A stretch of DNA of 64,000 nucleotides from Mustelus asterias (taxonomy: Eukaryota): the NCBI RefSeq assembly GCF_964213995.1, contig NW_027590156.1, positions 62,001 to 126,000 of the forward strand, read 5' to 3'. The position numbers and the translations under genes were made by a program. Within the stretch, counting starts at the first letter, position 1. Each line of letters opens with the position of its first letter. The notes below the pieces were generated by a model. The model worked only from the letters and a program-made list of their open reading frames with translations. It did not search any database and was not told the DNA's origin. Below, piece after piece: positions 50,860 through 64,000 of this stretch.

Positions 50860-51531
50860 ATGATGGCATGGAAATGTGGGGACTGTGGGAAGGGATTTGA
50901 TTTTCCATCACAGCTGGAAACTCATCGACGCAGCCACACTGGGGAGAAGCCATTCACCTGCTCCCGGTGTGGGAAGGGATTCGCTACCTCATCCCAGCTG
51001 CTGAAACACCAACGAATTCACACTGGAGAGAGGCCGTTCACCTGCTCTGTGTGTGGGAAGGGATTCAATCAGTCATCCAACCTAGCAATACACCAGCGAG
51101 TTCACACTGAGGAGAGGCCATTCACCTGCTCTGTGTGTGGGAAGGGATTCAATCAATCATCCAAACTAGCATTACACGAGCGAATTCACACTGGGGAGAA
51201 GCCGTTCACCTGCTCTCAGTGTGGGAAGGGATTCACTCACTCAGCCAATCTGCTGAAACACCAGCGAGTTCACACTGGGGAGAGGCCGTTCACCTGCTCT
51301 CAGTGTGGGAATGGATTTACTCACTCATCTCACCTTCGGAAACACCAGCGAATTCACACTGGGGAGAGGCCGTTCACCTGCTCCGTGTGTGGGAAGGGAT
51401 TCAGGCAGTCATCCACGCTGATAAATCATGAACGGGTTCATACTGGAGAGAGGCCGTTCACTTGTTCCCAGTGTGGGAAGGGATTCATTACCTCATCCAG
51501 ACTGCTGAGACACCAGCGAGTCCACAAGTAA
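50860..51531 (+). CDS. C2H2 zinc-finger protein (8 intact fingers)
   Basis: Open frame 50797-51531, first ATG 50860; the ATG equivalent to paralogues (~50746) is cut off by TGA ~50773. Confidence 0.85.
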   Translation: MMAWKCGDCGKGFDFPSQLETHRRSHTGEKPFTCSRCGKGFATSSQLLKHQRIHTGERPFTCSVCGKGFNQSSNLAIHQRVHTEERPFTCSVCGKGFNQSSKLALHERIHTGEKPFTCSQCGKGFTHSANLLKHQRVHTGERPFTCSQCGNGFTHSSHLRKHQRIHTGERPFTCSVCGKGFRQSSTLINHERVHTGERPFTCSQCGKGFITSSRLLRHQRVHK

Positions 51532-51649
51532 CTATTGTCATTGGAATTTTGCTGTTAACCATATTCAGACTGAACCATGTTCATTTGGATCTGTTTCTAC
51601 TGAATTGAAAAATAACTCCAGCTCTGTTACAGGAGTTAATATAGTTGGT

Positions 51650-52140
51650 CTGAAAAGGGGAGGATTTGGGGCCAGGAAACTCGCACAAAACATCAGGTCA
51701 GGATTGGATGGAGCCACACAATTTATCATAACGTGAAAAGCAGAGAATTTTGAACACAGAAGAAAACAGCACAACCACAGTCACATTAGGGAGAAACCAT
51801 GGAACGTAGAGACTGTGGGGAGAGATTCAGTTACCCGTCAGTGTTTGAAACAGAGTTTGCCGCACTCATACTGGGGAGAGGCTCTTCACCTGCTCTGAGT
51901 GTGAGAAAGGATTCACACAGTCTTCCCAGCTGATTACACACCAGTGAGTTCACACTGAGATAGTTTAGATGCTTTTACTGTGGGACTGGGTTCAGGGGAC
52001 CATCTCAACTCACTGTACACCCGTGGGTTCACACTAGGGAGAGACCATTCAACTGCTCCGAGTTTGAGATTCTCTTCCGAGGAAGAGATTCAGCCGATCA
52101 TCCACAATGCTGAGCCACCAGCAAGTTTACAACTAACTAC
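51650..52140 (+). pseudogene. Decayed C2H2 zinc-finger remnant
   Basis: gagaaaccatgg, actggggagagg..ttcacctgc remnants with stops and frameshifts. Confidence 0.7.
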
Positions 52141-52819
52141 AATGCTTGGATTTTTCTGTTAATCACATCCAGGACCGAACTGTGTTCAACGTAAGTGAAC
52201 TGGCAAATGAGGTTAAGGGACAGGTCAATAGAGATGCAGTGGCAGACATTGATAGGAATATTTCAGAAAACCCAGGACAGATGCATTCCAATGAGAACGA
52301 CAAATTCCAAGGGGAGGACCCACCATCCATGGTTCACTAAAAAGTTAAAGACAGGATCAAACTGAAAGAAAAAGGTAAACAATTGCACAAAGACAGGTGG
52401 CAGGTCAGAAAACTGGACAGAATATAAAGAACAGCAAAAAATGACAAAGGATGAAGTCCATCGGGACCCAGGGATTTGTCAGCCCACAGCTTCAACAATT
52501 TGCTCAGTACCATTTCATAAGTAACGGTAAGTTTCCTGAGTTCCTCCCTCCCTTCCACATCCTGATAGCATATTACGTCTATCTTCTATACTATTGGGTA
52601 GAGTACTCGACTATAATGAAGACTGATGCAAAGTACCCGTTGAATTCATCTGCCAGCTCCTTACTTTCCATTAATAATTCCCAGACTCACTTTCTATAAG
52701 ATCAACATTCACTTTTAACTTTTTTTAAAATTTAGATATCCACATAAACTCTTACTATATATACATCTGTATATTTCTAGCTGTCTCTCTCTCATACTCT
52801 AACTCTTCTGTGACATAAT

Positions 52820-53135
52820 GTGACATAGTGTGACATACTGATAGTGTGACATAGTGTCACACTATCAGTAACCCCCACAGCTTGCCTCCTGGACTTGCTG
52901 GCTGTCCTGTCTGGAGACAATACACATCTCTTTAACCTGTGCTTAATGCTCCCTCCACTCACATTGTCTGTATCTTTAAGACCTGGTTGGCTGTAGAGAT
53001 TTGCATTCTAATCAGTATTCTGTAACTTGATTTTGTGTCTCTGTGCCCTGTTTGAGAGCAGATTTCCACTCCATCTGACGAAGGAGCAGCGCTCCGAAAG
53101 CTAATGGTATTTGCTACCAAATAAACCTGCTGTAC
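52820..53135. mobile_element. Penelope-like terminal repeat fragment (related pieces at ~34590-34725, 41165-41285, 43605-43685, 59850-60150)
   Basis: ctggagacaatacacatc...gctaccaaataaacctg shared with the element at 54790. Confidence 0.7.
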
Positions 53136-54089
53136 TTCAAATAACAGCCCAGGACTGCAGTGTGTTTTGACAGAAGTCATAACACTTCTATCAAAACACA
53201 CTACTCAGGTTGCCAGACAATCAAGGACCATAGACACATGTTTATTGATAATGTAGCTATGTGTACGTGCCCTATTGATGATTGGATATTGTAATTAGGG
53301 AAAAGTGGAGTTGGTGTAATTGGTTAAACACTACTATGGGAAACAAATGAAGTAATCAGAACTATTAGTTTGGAGTAAAATTTCAATCTGTGTATGTTAA
53401 TTACCTGTAGTTGATCCTAAAGGTATAATTGTATTCTATTGTATTCCTTTGTTCTAGGAGTCTGTAGCCACATGTGTGGAAACCAGTTTGCCCTGTTATA
53501 ACTTGAATAAAGGCCAATTGTAGACTCCAAAAATCTTCATCTGATTTCTCGGGGGAGTGAAGAGCTGGATAGCTGATGAAGTTTACTAACATGGGGCATG
53601 GGGAAAAGGCAGGAGAATGGCACAAAGCCATAATGCTCATTTGGAGAGCTGGTGCAGACATGGTGGGCCAAATGGCCTCCTTCTGTACCAAGCTTCTGTG
53701 AAATTCAGGTCCTGATGAATTGAGTGACTCTATCAGATTTTGATGTGATGTTTGATTTGTACTTTCTATCAGTAAATCCTCATCTTCAAATCCCTTGTAA
53801 AAGGAGTTGACGGTGTCAGTGTCACTATCAGTGCAGGATAGAAATTCAGAACAGACAATTCCAGTTTCTCTGGAACATTCTTTCCACCTGTTTCCTCAAA
53901 CATGTGATTCAATAAAACTAAAAGACCAAAATCAGCAACAAAGTCCCAACAGAATCTCCCTCTCCAGGACCACCTGGGCACAGACCAGACCACAGAAGAT
54001 CAGCCGCCTCCCCCTTCAGCCCCACCCATCCTGGATCTACAGATTACTGCTTTAACCAGGATCTAGAGCAGGTCCACGAGAAGATCCTC

Positions 54090-56240
54090 CCAATGACTTG
54101 GATGAGGGGAGAAAAGGCATGGTAGCTAAATTTGCAGGTGGGACAAAGATTGGTAGGAAATTATGTTATGAAGGAGACATAAGGGGTTTGCAAAAGGATA
54201 TCAATAGGTTGAGTGAATGGGCAAATATCTGACAGATGGAGTATATAATGTGGGAAAATGTGAAGTTCTTCATCTCGACAGGAAGAATTAAAATAACACC
54301 GTGTTACTCAAACTGGAAATGGTTGCACAATTCTGAGGTGCATAGGAATTTTGGTGTTCTTGTGTATGAGCTACAATAAGTATGGAGGTACAGAATGTAA
54401 TCAAAAAGGATAAGGTAATGCTATTCTTTATTTTGTTGAACATTAAAGTAAGGATGTTATGCTTCAGTTATACACGACATTGATGACACCACATTTCAAA
54501 TATTGCATGCAGTTTTGGTCTCCCTATGTAAGGAAGAATGTAATTGGCTTGGAGGTGGTTGAGGGCATGTTTACTAGATTGATACCTGGCATGAGCAGAT
54601 TGCTTTATGAGGAAAGGCTAGACAGACTGGGTGTGTTTCCACTGGAGTTTAGAAGAGTGAGGGGTGACTTGATAGAAGTAGGTGAGATCATGAATGGTCT
54701 TAACAAGGTGGATGTAGAAAGGATGTTTCCGTCTGTGGGTGACCCAGAACTAGAGGGCACTGTTTTAAAATTATGGGTCACCTTTTTAGTAAGAAGTTTA
54801 ACAACACCAGGTTAAAGTCCAACAGGTTTATTTGGTAGCAAAAGCCACACAAGCTTTCGAGGCTCTGAGCCCCTTCTTCAGGTGAGTGGGAATTCTGTTC
54901 ACAAACAGAACTTATAAGACACAGACTCAATTTACATGAATAATGGTTGGAATGCGAATACTTACAACTAATCCAGTCTTTAAGAAACAAAACAATGGGA
55001 GTGGGGAGAGCATCAAGACAGGCTAAAAAGATGTGTATTGTCTCCAGACAAGACAGCCGGTGAAACTCTGCAGGTCCACGCAACTGTGGGAGTTACAAAT
55101 AGTGTGACATAAATTCTGATTCTAGGATCGCATGATAAAGACTCAGGAGGAAAAAAGCAGAAATATTTATGTGAAATAGTGTGACATAAACCCAATATCC
55201 CGGTTGAGGCCGTCCTTGTGTGTGCGGAACCTGGCTATCAGTTTCTGCTCCGCGACTCTGCGCTGTCGTGTGTCGCGAAGGCCGCCTTGGAGAACGCTTA
55301 CCCGAATATCAGAGGCCGAATGCCCGTGACCGCTGAAGTGCTCCCCAACAGGAAGAGAACAGTCTTGCCTGGTGATTGTCGAGCGGTGTTCATTCATCCG
55401 TTGTCGCAGCGTCTGCATAGTTTCCCCAATGTACCATGCCTCGGGACATCCTTTCTGATGCACACTATTTCTGATGCACACTATTTCACATAAATATTTC
55501 TGCTTTTTTCCTCCTGAGTCTTTATCATGCGATCCTAGAATCAGAATTTATGTCACACTATTTGTAACTCCCACAGTTGCGTGGACCTGCAGAGTTTCAC
55601 CGGCTGTCTTGTCTGGAGACAATACACATCTTTTTAGCCTGTCTTGATGCTCTCCCCACTCCCATTGTTTTGTTTCTTAAAGACTGGATTAGTTGTAAGT
55701 ATTCGCATTCCAACCATTATTCATGTAAATTGAGTCTGTGTCTTATAAGTTCTGTTTGTGAACAGAATTCCCACTCACCTGAAGAAGGGGCTCAGAGCCT
55801 CGAAAGCTTGTGTGGCTTTTGCTACCAAATAAACCTGTTGGACTTTAACCTGGTGTTGTTAAACTTCTTACTGTGTTTACCCCAGTCCAACGCCGGCATC
55901 TCCACATCATGATCACCTTTTTAGGACAGAGATGAGAATTTTTATCCGAGGGTTGCACAATTTTGGAACTCAGAAGGTGATGCAGGCGATGTCATTGAAT
56001 ATTTAAGGCAGAGGTAGATAGATTTTTGTTAGGAAAAGGAATAAAAGGTTATTCGGGTGAATGGAAATGTTTTTTTATGGAATATTTTTAAGACAGAGAT
56101 GGCAGATTCTTGTTCAGCAAGAGAATCAAAGGTGGGAGTTGGGAATGTGGAATTCGAAACACAAATGGATCAGCCATGATCTTAATTGAACATCAGGAGC
56201 GAGCTAGAGGGGCTGAATGGTCTGTTTCTGCTCCTGTTTT
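54090..56240 (+). mobile_element. CR1 LINE 3' portion interrupted by a Penelope insertion
   Basis: KFA.GTK, 'YCMQFWSPY', 'RGDLIEV'; resumes after 55924. Confidence 0.85.
54790..55912 (-). mobile_element. Penelope-like element: GIY-YIG remnant between inverted pseudo-LTRs, 12-bp TSD
   Basis: 55167-55481 'WYIGETMQTLRQRMNEHR...PVGEHF...GLNRD'; ~390-bp inverted arms; TSD tcacctttttag at 54778-54789 and 55913-55924. Confidence 0.92.
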
Positions 56241-57308
56241 ATAAGTTCAGACTTTAAATTCAGGATTTATATCACCTAATCTTGTTATCTGCAACTTAAT
56301 TGATAACAGCCACTCACCCCCAACTTCCCACTTCATTAATTCACTTTGTTTGGAACAGAATTTTAACCAGTTAAAACCAAATTAAGGCAAAATTAAAATT
56401 TTCCAGATGGTAAATACAAAAAGAAGTTTATTGCAATAAAAAGATTTACTTTAAGACAATGATGTTTACAACTCTGTCTGGGTGATAAGTCCATAGAAGT
56501 CTGGCTCCTTCTTTAACAGTAATTCTTGTGGAATTCAGCCTTGGGAGTCTGTGTTCTTCTTTGACAATAATTTCCCTGGAACTCTGTCTCAGGAATCTTC
56601 AGCTGTTGGCTGGAAAAAAAACCTTTGGAATTTCTACTTTTATCCCCAAAGTGACTGTGACCTCGCGTTAGAGTTGAACCTGTTGTAACAGGACATTTGG
56701 TCAATTTGCTGACTAGATTAATTGGATCACCAATTAATTACTTCATTGTCTCTCATTTTCTTAGAGGTATTTCATACCATCTCTTTATCCAATTCTATAC
56801 AATCGGACAATTCAAATTTTGAGACAAATCAAAGCTTGAAGATCTCTCCTGCCACTCCAGTTATCTTCATTGCACATTCTTTGCATAGCTATTAAGGTTT
56901 TTCATTTTTACAGTAAATAAAACTCAGTCTTTTGCTATAATGACTGATTCATGAATTGTAACTCAATTAAAGCTCATGACTGAACCAATCATTTGTTGCT
57001 AATTAGTACAGTAATCTTTAATTCATTTCATTAATACAAGATAGGCTGGTTCAAAAAGACAGATTGTGGAAGACAACAGCTTTCTCTCTTGCTGATCTTG
57101 ATCAGATTATATAATGAGCCTTATTCTTGAGCTGGAGTTTGGCAGATTATGATGTCCAGTAGCTTTTTAAAATTAGTTGTTTGTTTAAACAATTTCTGCC
57201 AGCTCTGCAGTTTCTCACATTTCAGGTTATACAATTTGAATTTTTAAAATGAAGATCCACCTTTTACAATATTATACCGGCCAGTACAACAGAGTTCGAC
57301 CCCTGTTA

Positions 57309-58093
57309 TCACTTGTAAACTCTCTGGTGTCTCAGCAACTTGGATGAATCACTGAATCACTTCCCAAACTCAGAGCAGGTGAAAGGCTCGTGCCCAAGTG
57401 AATTTGCTGGTGTTTCAGCAGATTTGATGATTGAGTGAATCCCTTCCCACACACGGAGCAGGTGAAAGGCCTCTCCCCAGTGTGAATGCGCTGATGTGCT
57501 ATCAGGGTGGCTGACAGAGTGAATCTCTTTCCACAAACAGAGCAGGTGAACGGCCTCTCTCCAGTGTGAATTCGCTGGTGTGTCAGGAGAGCGGATGACT
57601 GAGTGAATCTTTTTCCACACACTGAGCAATTGAATGGCCTCTCCCCGGTGTGAACTCTCTGGTGTGTCAGCAGGTTAGATGACTGAGTAAATCCCTTTCC
57701 ACACTCAGGGCAGGTGAATGGCTTCTCCCCAGTGTGAACTAGGTGGTGTGTCAGCAAAGTGTATGAATCTCTGAATCCTTTTCCACACACACAACAGGTG
57801 AATGGCTTCTCCCCAGTGTGAACCTTTTGGTGTGTCAGCAGCGTGGATGAATCTCTAAATCCCTTCCCACACTGTGAGCAGGTGACTAGCCTCTCCTCAG
57901 CGTGAATTCACTGGTGTCTCAGCAGATTCGATGAATGATTGAATCCCTTCCCACAAGTGGAGCATATGAACGGTCTCTCCCCGGTGTGACTGCGTCGATG
58001 AGATTCCATCTCAGATGGGGCTCTGAATCCCTTCCCACAGTCTCCACATTTCCATGGTTTCTCCATGGTGTCGGAGTCCTTGTGTCTCTCCAC
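57309..58093 (-). pseudogene. C2H2 zinc-finger gene with in-frame TGA (57908-57910) and a late frameshift
   Basis: ORFs 57908-58093 and 57332-57790 share a frame; HQ*IH consistent with CGA>TGA; frameshift near 57395. Confidence 0.8.
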
Positions 58094-58365
58094 AATCAGT
58101 GCACTGGAACACTCTGATACGGGTGTGTGAATCTCAGTGCTTTTCCAGTCACACTGATGTTAAAAAGGCTGATGATTTTCACGTCCTTATGAATCAAGTG
58201 ACTCTTTTGAGATTTCCATTTTCCAAACCTCTCCTTCCAATAAAATCATCACTGTCAGCACATGATAGAAATTCAAAACAGACAATTGTAGTTTCTATGG
58301 AACATTCTTTAAATCTCCACCCACGCCCCTCACACATACACTCTCTCTCTCATTCCATTTAGCAT

Positions 58366-58635
58366 TCTGCGGCACGGTGGCACAGTGGTTAGCACTGCTG
58401 CCTCACAGTGCCAGGGACCCGGGTTGGATTCCCAGCTTGGGTCACTGTCTGTGTGGAGTTTGCACATTCTCCCCGTGTCTGCATGAGTTTCCTCCCTCAT
58501 TCTGAAAGACGTGCTGGTTCGGTGCATTGACCCGAACAGGTGCCGGAGTGTGACAACTAGGGGAATTTCACACTAACTTCATTGCAGTGTTAATATAAGC
58601 CTTACTTGTGACTATTAAATAAACTTTAAACTTTA
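58366..58635 (+). mobile_element. HE1-related SINE variant
   Basis: gcggcacggtggcacagtggttagcactgctgcctcacag head. Confidence 0.85.
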
Positions 58636-58889
58636 ATATACACTACCCAATTCTCCTGAAGGTGCTAATTAATGCTGATCGACACTCACCATTTCATGTT
58701 CCTGACAGATCGTAAGAAATAGTTAGAAATTCAGACCACCAAACTGCTCGATTGAATTCTTTTTATTCATTTATGGGACATGGATGTTGCTGGCTGGTCA
58801 GCATTTATTACCCATCCCTAATTGCCATTGGAGGGCAGTTGAGAGTCAACCACATTGTTGTGGCTTTGGAGTCACATGTTGGCCAGACC

Positions 58890-59675
58890 AGTGTGAGGTA
58901 TTGCACTTTGGAAGGACAAACCAAGGTAGAACATACAAGGTAAATGGTCGGCACTGAAGAGTGCAGTAGAACAGAGGGATCTGGGAATACAGATACATAA
59001 TTTTCTAAAAGTGGCATCACAGGTAGATAGGGTCATAAAGAGTGCTTTTGGTACATTGGCCTTTATAAATCAAAGTATCGAGTATGAGAGTTGGAGTGTT
59101 ATGGTGAGGTTGTATAAGACATTGGTGAGGCCGGATTTAGAGTATTGTGTGCAGTTTTGGTCACCTAATTACAGGAAGGATATTAATAAGGTTGCAAGAG
59201 TGCAGAGAAGGTTTACAAGGATGTTGCCGGGACTTGAGAAACTGAGTTACAGAGAAAAGTTGAATAGGTTAGGACTTTATTCCCTGGAGCGTAGAAGAAT
59301 GAGGGGAGATTTGATAGAGGTGTATAAGATTTTGATGGGTATAGGTAGGGTGAATGCAAGCAGGCTTTTTCCACTGAGGCCAGGGGAGAAAAAAACCAGA
59401 GGGCATGGGTTAAGGGTGAAAGGAGAAAAGTTTAAAGGGAATATTAGGGGGGGGGCTTCTTCACGCAGAGAGTGATGGGAGTCTGGAATGAGCTGCCGGA
59501 TTAAGTGGTAAATGCTTTTAACATTTAAGAAAAACTTGGACGGGTTCATGGATGAGAAGGGTGTGGAGGGATATGGTCCAAGTGCAGGTCAGTGGGACGA
59601 GGCAAAAAAATGGTTCAGCACAGCCAAGAAGGGCCAAAAGGCCTGTTTCTGTGCTTTAATGTTCTATGGTTCTAT
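58890..59675 (+). mobile_element. CR1 LINE 3' fragment
   Basis: ORF 59011-59475 'LYKTLVRPDLEYCVQFWSP...RGDLIEVYKI'. Confidence 0.92.
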
Positions 59676-60279
59676 GGTCTGAAAACATGTACCAAACGAC
59701 TCAAGAACAACTTCTTCCGACTGTCATGTTTGAATGGTCCTATCATATATTAAGCTGATCTTTCTCTTCACCCTACCTGTACCTGCACCCTATCCTTTCC
59801 TTCTCCCCATGTACTCCATGAAAGGTATGCTTTGTCCTAACTGTATGCTAACTGTCCTGGCTGGAGATAATACACATTTCTTTAACCTGTGCTTAACCCT
59901 TTCTCCACTCACATTGTCTGTACCTTTAAAGACTTGTTTACCTGTAAAGACTCGTATTCCAACCATTATTTTGTAAATTGAGTTTGTGTCTTTATATGCC
60001 CTGTTTGTGAACAGAACTCCCACTTACCTGATGAAGGAGCAGTGCTCCGAAACCTAGTGGCTTATGCTACCAAATAAACCTGTTGGACTTTAACCTGGTG
60101 TTGTGAGACTTCTTACTGCGTTTACCCCAATCCAACACTGGCATCTCCACATTTTGGAAATATATCGCCGTTCCTTCGCAGTCGCTGGGTCAAAATCCTG
60201 GAATTCTCTCCCTACCAGCAGGGTGGATGTACCTGCACAACATGGACTGCAGTGGGTTCAGGTCCCATACATCACAAAG

Positions 60280-61010
60280 GTAGACACTCCTGCGCCCCCT
60301 ACAAACATGGCAATCGCACCTGCACCCTGCTGCACATTGCCCCTCACAAAGATGCCGGCCGCACATGCGCACTGATAGACATTGCTAACGACAGATTGAC
60401 GGCCGTCAGCCCAGGCCCAACACGACAAGTTGCGCCTCCAATTTGGTACCAACAGGGCGCCCGGGAAGATATTTTCCCGAAGTTTGAGTTTGAACAACAT
60501 GTTTACGAAGCCTCTCCACCCGCCACATTCATCGCTCTCCGCGCGCCGCCCTTTACCTTGAACTGATCTCGGATTCGAGTTAAAACCGTCCGTCCGCCGC
60601 CATTACCCACACTGCGCATGCTTCAGACCCCTCCCCCTATTCACGCTGGTTGGAGGACCAGCCGCTCCCGCTCGGTCCTCCAGCCCCGCCCCCTTTGTCT
60701 ATTGGTCCGGAGCTGCCGTCAATCAGTCCTCGGGCATTGTGACGTTGGGCATGCGCAGTGCGGCTTATGTCCAGGGACAGGCGCTTGTTTGTCTGATCTT
60801 CAGGCGGGAAGGAGGCGGATAAGCGGAGGCAGCGTTAGGGGCAGTGGGTGGGAGGGGAGGCTCCACACACCCAGTGGAGGCTTCAACACCCCCCAATAAG
60901 GAACTAGCGGCACCGCCTCAACACCCAACACAACGGCAGCTGCAGCGCTTTCTCCCGGGGTCAGGCCCCAGTGGACAAATGTGGCTTCAGGAAGGAAATG
61001 CAGCAATGGG
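60280..61010. promoter_or_regulatory. Second copy of the CpG-island promoter
   Basis: 60565-61010 nearly identical to 50035-50485. Confidence 0.65.
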
Positions 61011-62240
61011 TTTGATTTATTATTGTCACATGTATTGGGATACAGTGAAAAGTATTGTTTCTTGCGCGGTGTACAGACAAAGCATACTGTTCATAGAGTA
61101 CATAGGGGAGTAGGAAAGGAGAGAGTGCAGAAGATAGTGTTACAGTTACAGAAAGGGTGAAGAGAAAGATCAGCTTAATTTGAGGTCGGTCCATTCAAAA
61201 GGAGGAGGCTTTGGAGAGGGTACAGAAAAGATTTACCAGGATGTTGCCTGGTGTGGAGGGCATTAACTATGAGGAGAGGTTGGAGAAACTTGGTTTGTTC
61301 TCACTGGAACGACGGAGGTTGAGGGGAGACCTGACAGAAGTTTACAAGATTATTGAGGGGCATGGACAGAGTGGATAGTCAGAAGCTTTTTCCCAGGATG
61401 GAAGAGTCAATTACTGGGGGGCACAGGTTTAAGGTGTGAGGGGCAAGGTTTAAAGGAGAGGCAAGTTTTTTACACAGAGGGTGGTGGGTGCGTGGAACTT
61501 GCTGCCGGAGATAGTGGAAGCAGATATGACAGTGACTTTTAAGGGGCATCTTGACAAATACATGAATAGGATGGGAATGGAGGGATATGGTCCCCGGAAG
61601 GGTAGGGGGTTTTAGTTCAGTCGGGCAGCATGGTCGGTGCAGGCTTGAAAGGTCGAAGGGCCTGTTTCTGTGCTGTAATTTTCTTTGTTCTTTGTTTGTA
61701 AAAGTCCGATGGCAGCAGCAGGGAAGAAGCTGTTCTTGAGTCGGTTGGTTTGTGACCTCAGACTTTTGTCTCTTTTTCCCAATGGAAGAAGATAGAAAAG
61801 AGAATGTCCAGGATACGTGGGGTCCTTGATTATGCTGGCTGCTTTTCTGAGGCAATAGGAAATGTAGACAGTGTCAATGGATAAGAGGCTGATTTGCGTG
61901 ATGGACTGGGCCACATTCACACCCCTTGTAGTTTCTTACGCTCTTGGTCAGAGCAGCAGCAATACCAAGCTGTGATACAACTGGATGGGATGCTTTCTGT
62001 GGTGTCCCTGTAAAAATTGGTGAGAGTCGTAGCTGACATGTTGACATGTCGAATTTCCTTAGCCTCCTGAGAAAGTCAAGGCGTTGGTGGGCTTTCTTAA
62101 CTAAAGCAGCAGCATGGAGGGACCAGGACAGGTTATTGTGATCTGAACACCTAGAAACTTGAGCTCTCAATCATTTCCACTTTGTCACCGTTGATGTAGA
62201 CAGGGCATGTCTTCCACTACATTGCCTGAAATTTTGTATA
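61010..62240 (-). mobile_element. Rex1-like LINE 3' portion with nested CR1 fragment (+, ~61200-61690)
   Basis: 'KKAHQRLDFLRRLRKF', 'NRLKNSFFP'; CR1 'RGDLTEVYKI' inside. Confidence 0.85.
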
Positions 62241-63058
62241 TATTCCAGTGATAGTTGGAAGAAGTCCATGCTGACTCTCTGTACATCAATCCACTCAGTC
62301 CCATTTCCCCTCCATAACTCTGGTCCCTTTTTAATTCCTTCACACCTATCTGATTTATTTTTCAAATCATTGATCATTTCTGATTCCACCATGTACAGAA
62401 GCAGTGGGGTGAGGTCGTGACCACTCGTGAATGAAATTGGTCCTCATATCGCCTTTCTATTGCTGATCAATGATATGTTTAGTAATGTGGACATTGGCTA
62501 GCAGCCTGCATGAAGATTTTCAGGTCTCTTTGTACTGGACAGGAGCATGGGTCTGTCAATCAGCCTGAATCAGCACCTTCAGGAGAATTGGGAGGGTGTG
62601 TATGAGGTACAGCAGTATGACAATGGGGGGAGTGTGTGTGGGATGGAGATTTACAACTTTAGGGAATGAGAAAGCAAAGAATATTCCATGGAAACTAGAA
62701 TTGTCTGTTTTGAATTTCAGTCCTATACTTACACTGATAACTTCTATAAACAGGATATTAGAAGGAGAGAACGTACAGACTGAAATCTCACACCAAACGT
62801 CACAACAAGATGTTACAAAGTCACTGGAGTCATCAGGACCTGAATATAATTGCCGTTTGAATGTATGAGAAGAAATGTTTGTTCTGTCTGTGGGAAAAGA
62901 TTTCAAACATCAGTGTGACTGGACAAGAATGGAGACCCCACACACCCGAGTGAGAGTGTTCCAGTGAACTGACTGTGGAAAGTGCTTCAACCAGTAACAC
63001 AGCCTGAAAAAACATCACCCCATTCACAGCGAGGAGAAACTGTACACGTGTTCTGTAC

Positions 63059-63943
63059 TTGGATGTGGAATCAACTCATTATCAAAAGGATACTGGCACC
63101 ATGGAGGGACCATGGAAGTGTGGGGACTGTGGGAAGGGATTCCAGTGCCCATCTGCACTGGACACACATCAACGAGTTCACACTGGGGAGAGGCCGTTCA
63201 CCTGCTCAGTGTGTAGGAAGGGATTCAGTATATCAACCACCCTGCTGAGACATCAGCGAGTTCACTCTGGAGAGAAGCCTTTCACCTGCTCTGTGTGAGA
63301 GAAAGGATTCACTCAGTTATCCAGCCTGCTGACACACCAGCGAGTTCACACCGGGGAGAGACCTTTCACCTGCTCAGACTGTGGGAAAGGATTCAGCGAT
63401 CGTTCCACCCTGTGGAGGCACCAGCGAGTTCACTCTGGGGAGAGGCCATTCACCTGCTGTGTGTGTGGGAAGGGATTCAGTCATTCATCCACCCTGCAGA
63501 CACACCGTGTCACCCACACGAATGAGAGACCGTTTAAATGCTCAGACTGTGGGCGTAGCTTCAAAAGCTCTCAGACTCTGATGGGCCACCAGCGCATTCA
63601 CACTGAGGACAGACCGTTCAGCTGCTCTTACTGCGTGAAGAGATTTAGAACATCATCCCAACTGCTAACACACCAGCGAGTTCACACTGGGGAGACACCC
63701 TTCACCTGCCCTGTGTGCAGGAAGGGTTTCAGTCATTCATCCACCCTGTTGGCACACCAGCGAGTTCATACTGGGGAGAGGCCATTCACTTGCTCTGACT
63801 GTGGGAAGGGATTCACTCAGATCTCCAATCTGCTCACACACCAGCGAATTCACACTGGGGAGAGGCCGTTCAGCTGCTCCGAGTGTGGGAATAGATTTAA
63901 ACGGTCGTCTCACCTGCTAAGACACCAGCGAATTCACAAGTGA
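63059..63943 (+). pseudogene. C2H2 zinc-finger gene (~10 fingers) with one in-frame TGA at 63296-63298
   Basis: ORFs 63059-63298 and 63461-63943 share a frame; the stop replaces a zinc-ligand Cys. Confidence 0.8.
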
Positions 63944-64000
63944 TGACAGGAGTTGGGTTCTGCTGTTATTGCTGCTGTTAATCACAGCCAGGACTGAACC

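Noticed and set aside
58366-58440. tRNA-like sequence (also 10258, 18121, ~5495, ~31560)
   Set aside because: Heads of tRNA-derived SINEs continuing into SINE body and tail.

Overview
Vertebrate genomic DNA, almost certainly a shark or other elasmobranch (HE1- and Deu-type SINEs, CR1/Rex1/Penelope retroelements, cluster-type Ig gene). The core is one apparently intact, unrearranged IgM heavy-chain cluster on the + strand: leader (22467), VH, D1, D2, JH with 23 / 12-22 / 12-12 / 23 RSSs, Cmu1-Cmu4 plus secretory tail, TM1 and TM2 (to 42426). A 175-N assembly gap lies in the J-C intron. Upstream is an old tandem duplication (about 0.3-12.1 kb vs 16.7-22.9 kb) whose first copy ends in an orphan VH pseudogene. 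Both copies carry, on the minus strand, a run of heavily decayed ~300-nt exon-like blocks with Ig C1-set motifs, ending in a Cmu4-like 'HEALP' motif. I read these as an inverted multi-domain IgH constant-region relic (IgW/IgNAR-like) head-to-head with the VH promoter. This is the most unusual feature and rests on manual frameshifted alignment only. Downstream (45-64 kb) are two divergently arranged pairs of C2H2 zinc-finger genes around near-identical CpG-island promoters. Repeat boundaries are approximate; Ig exon and RSS coordinates were read base by base.
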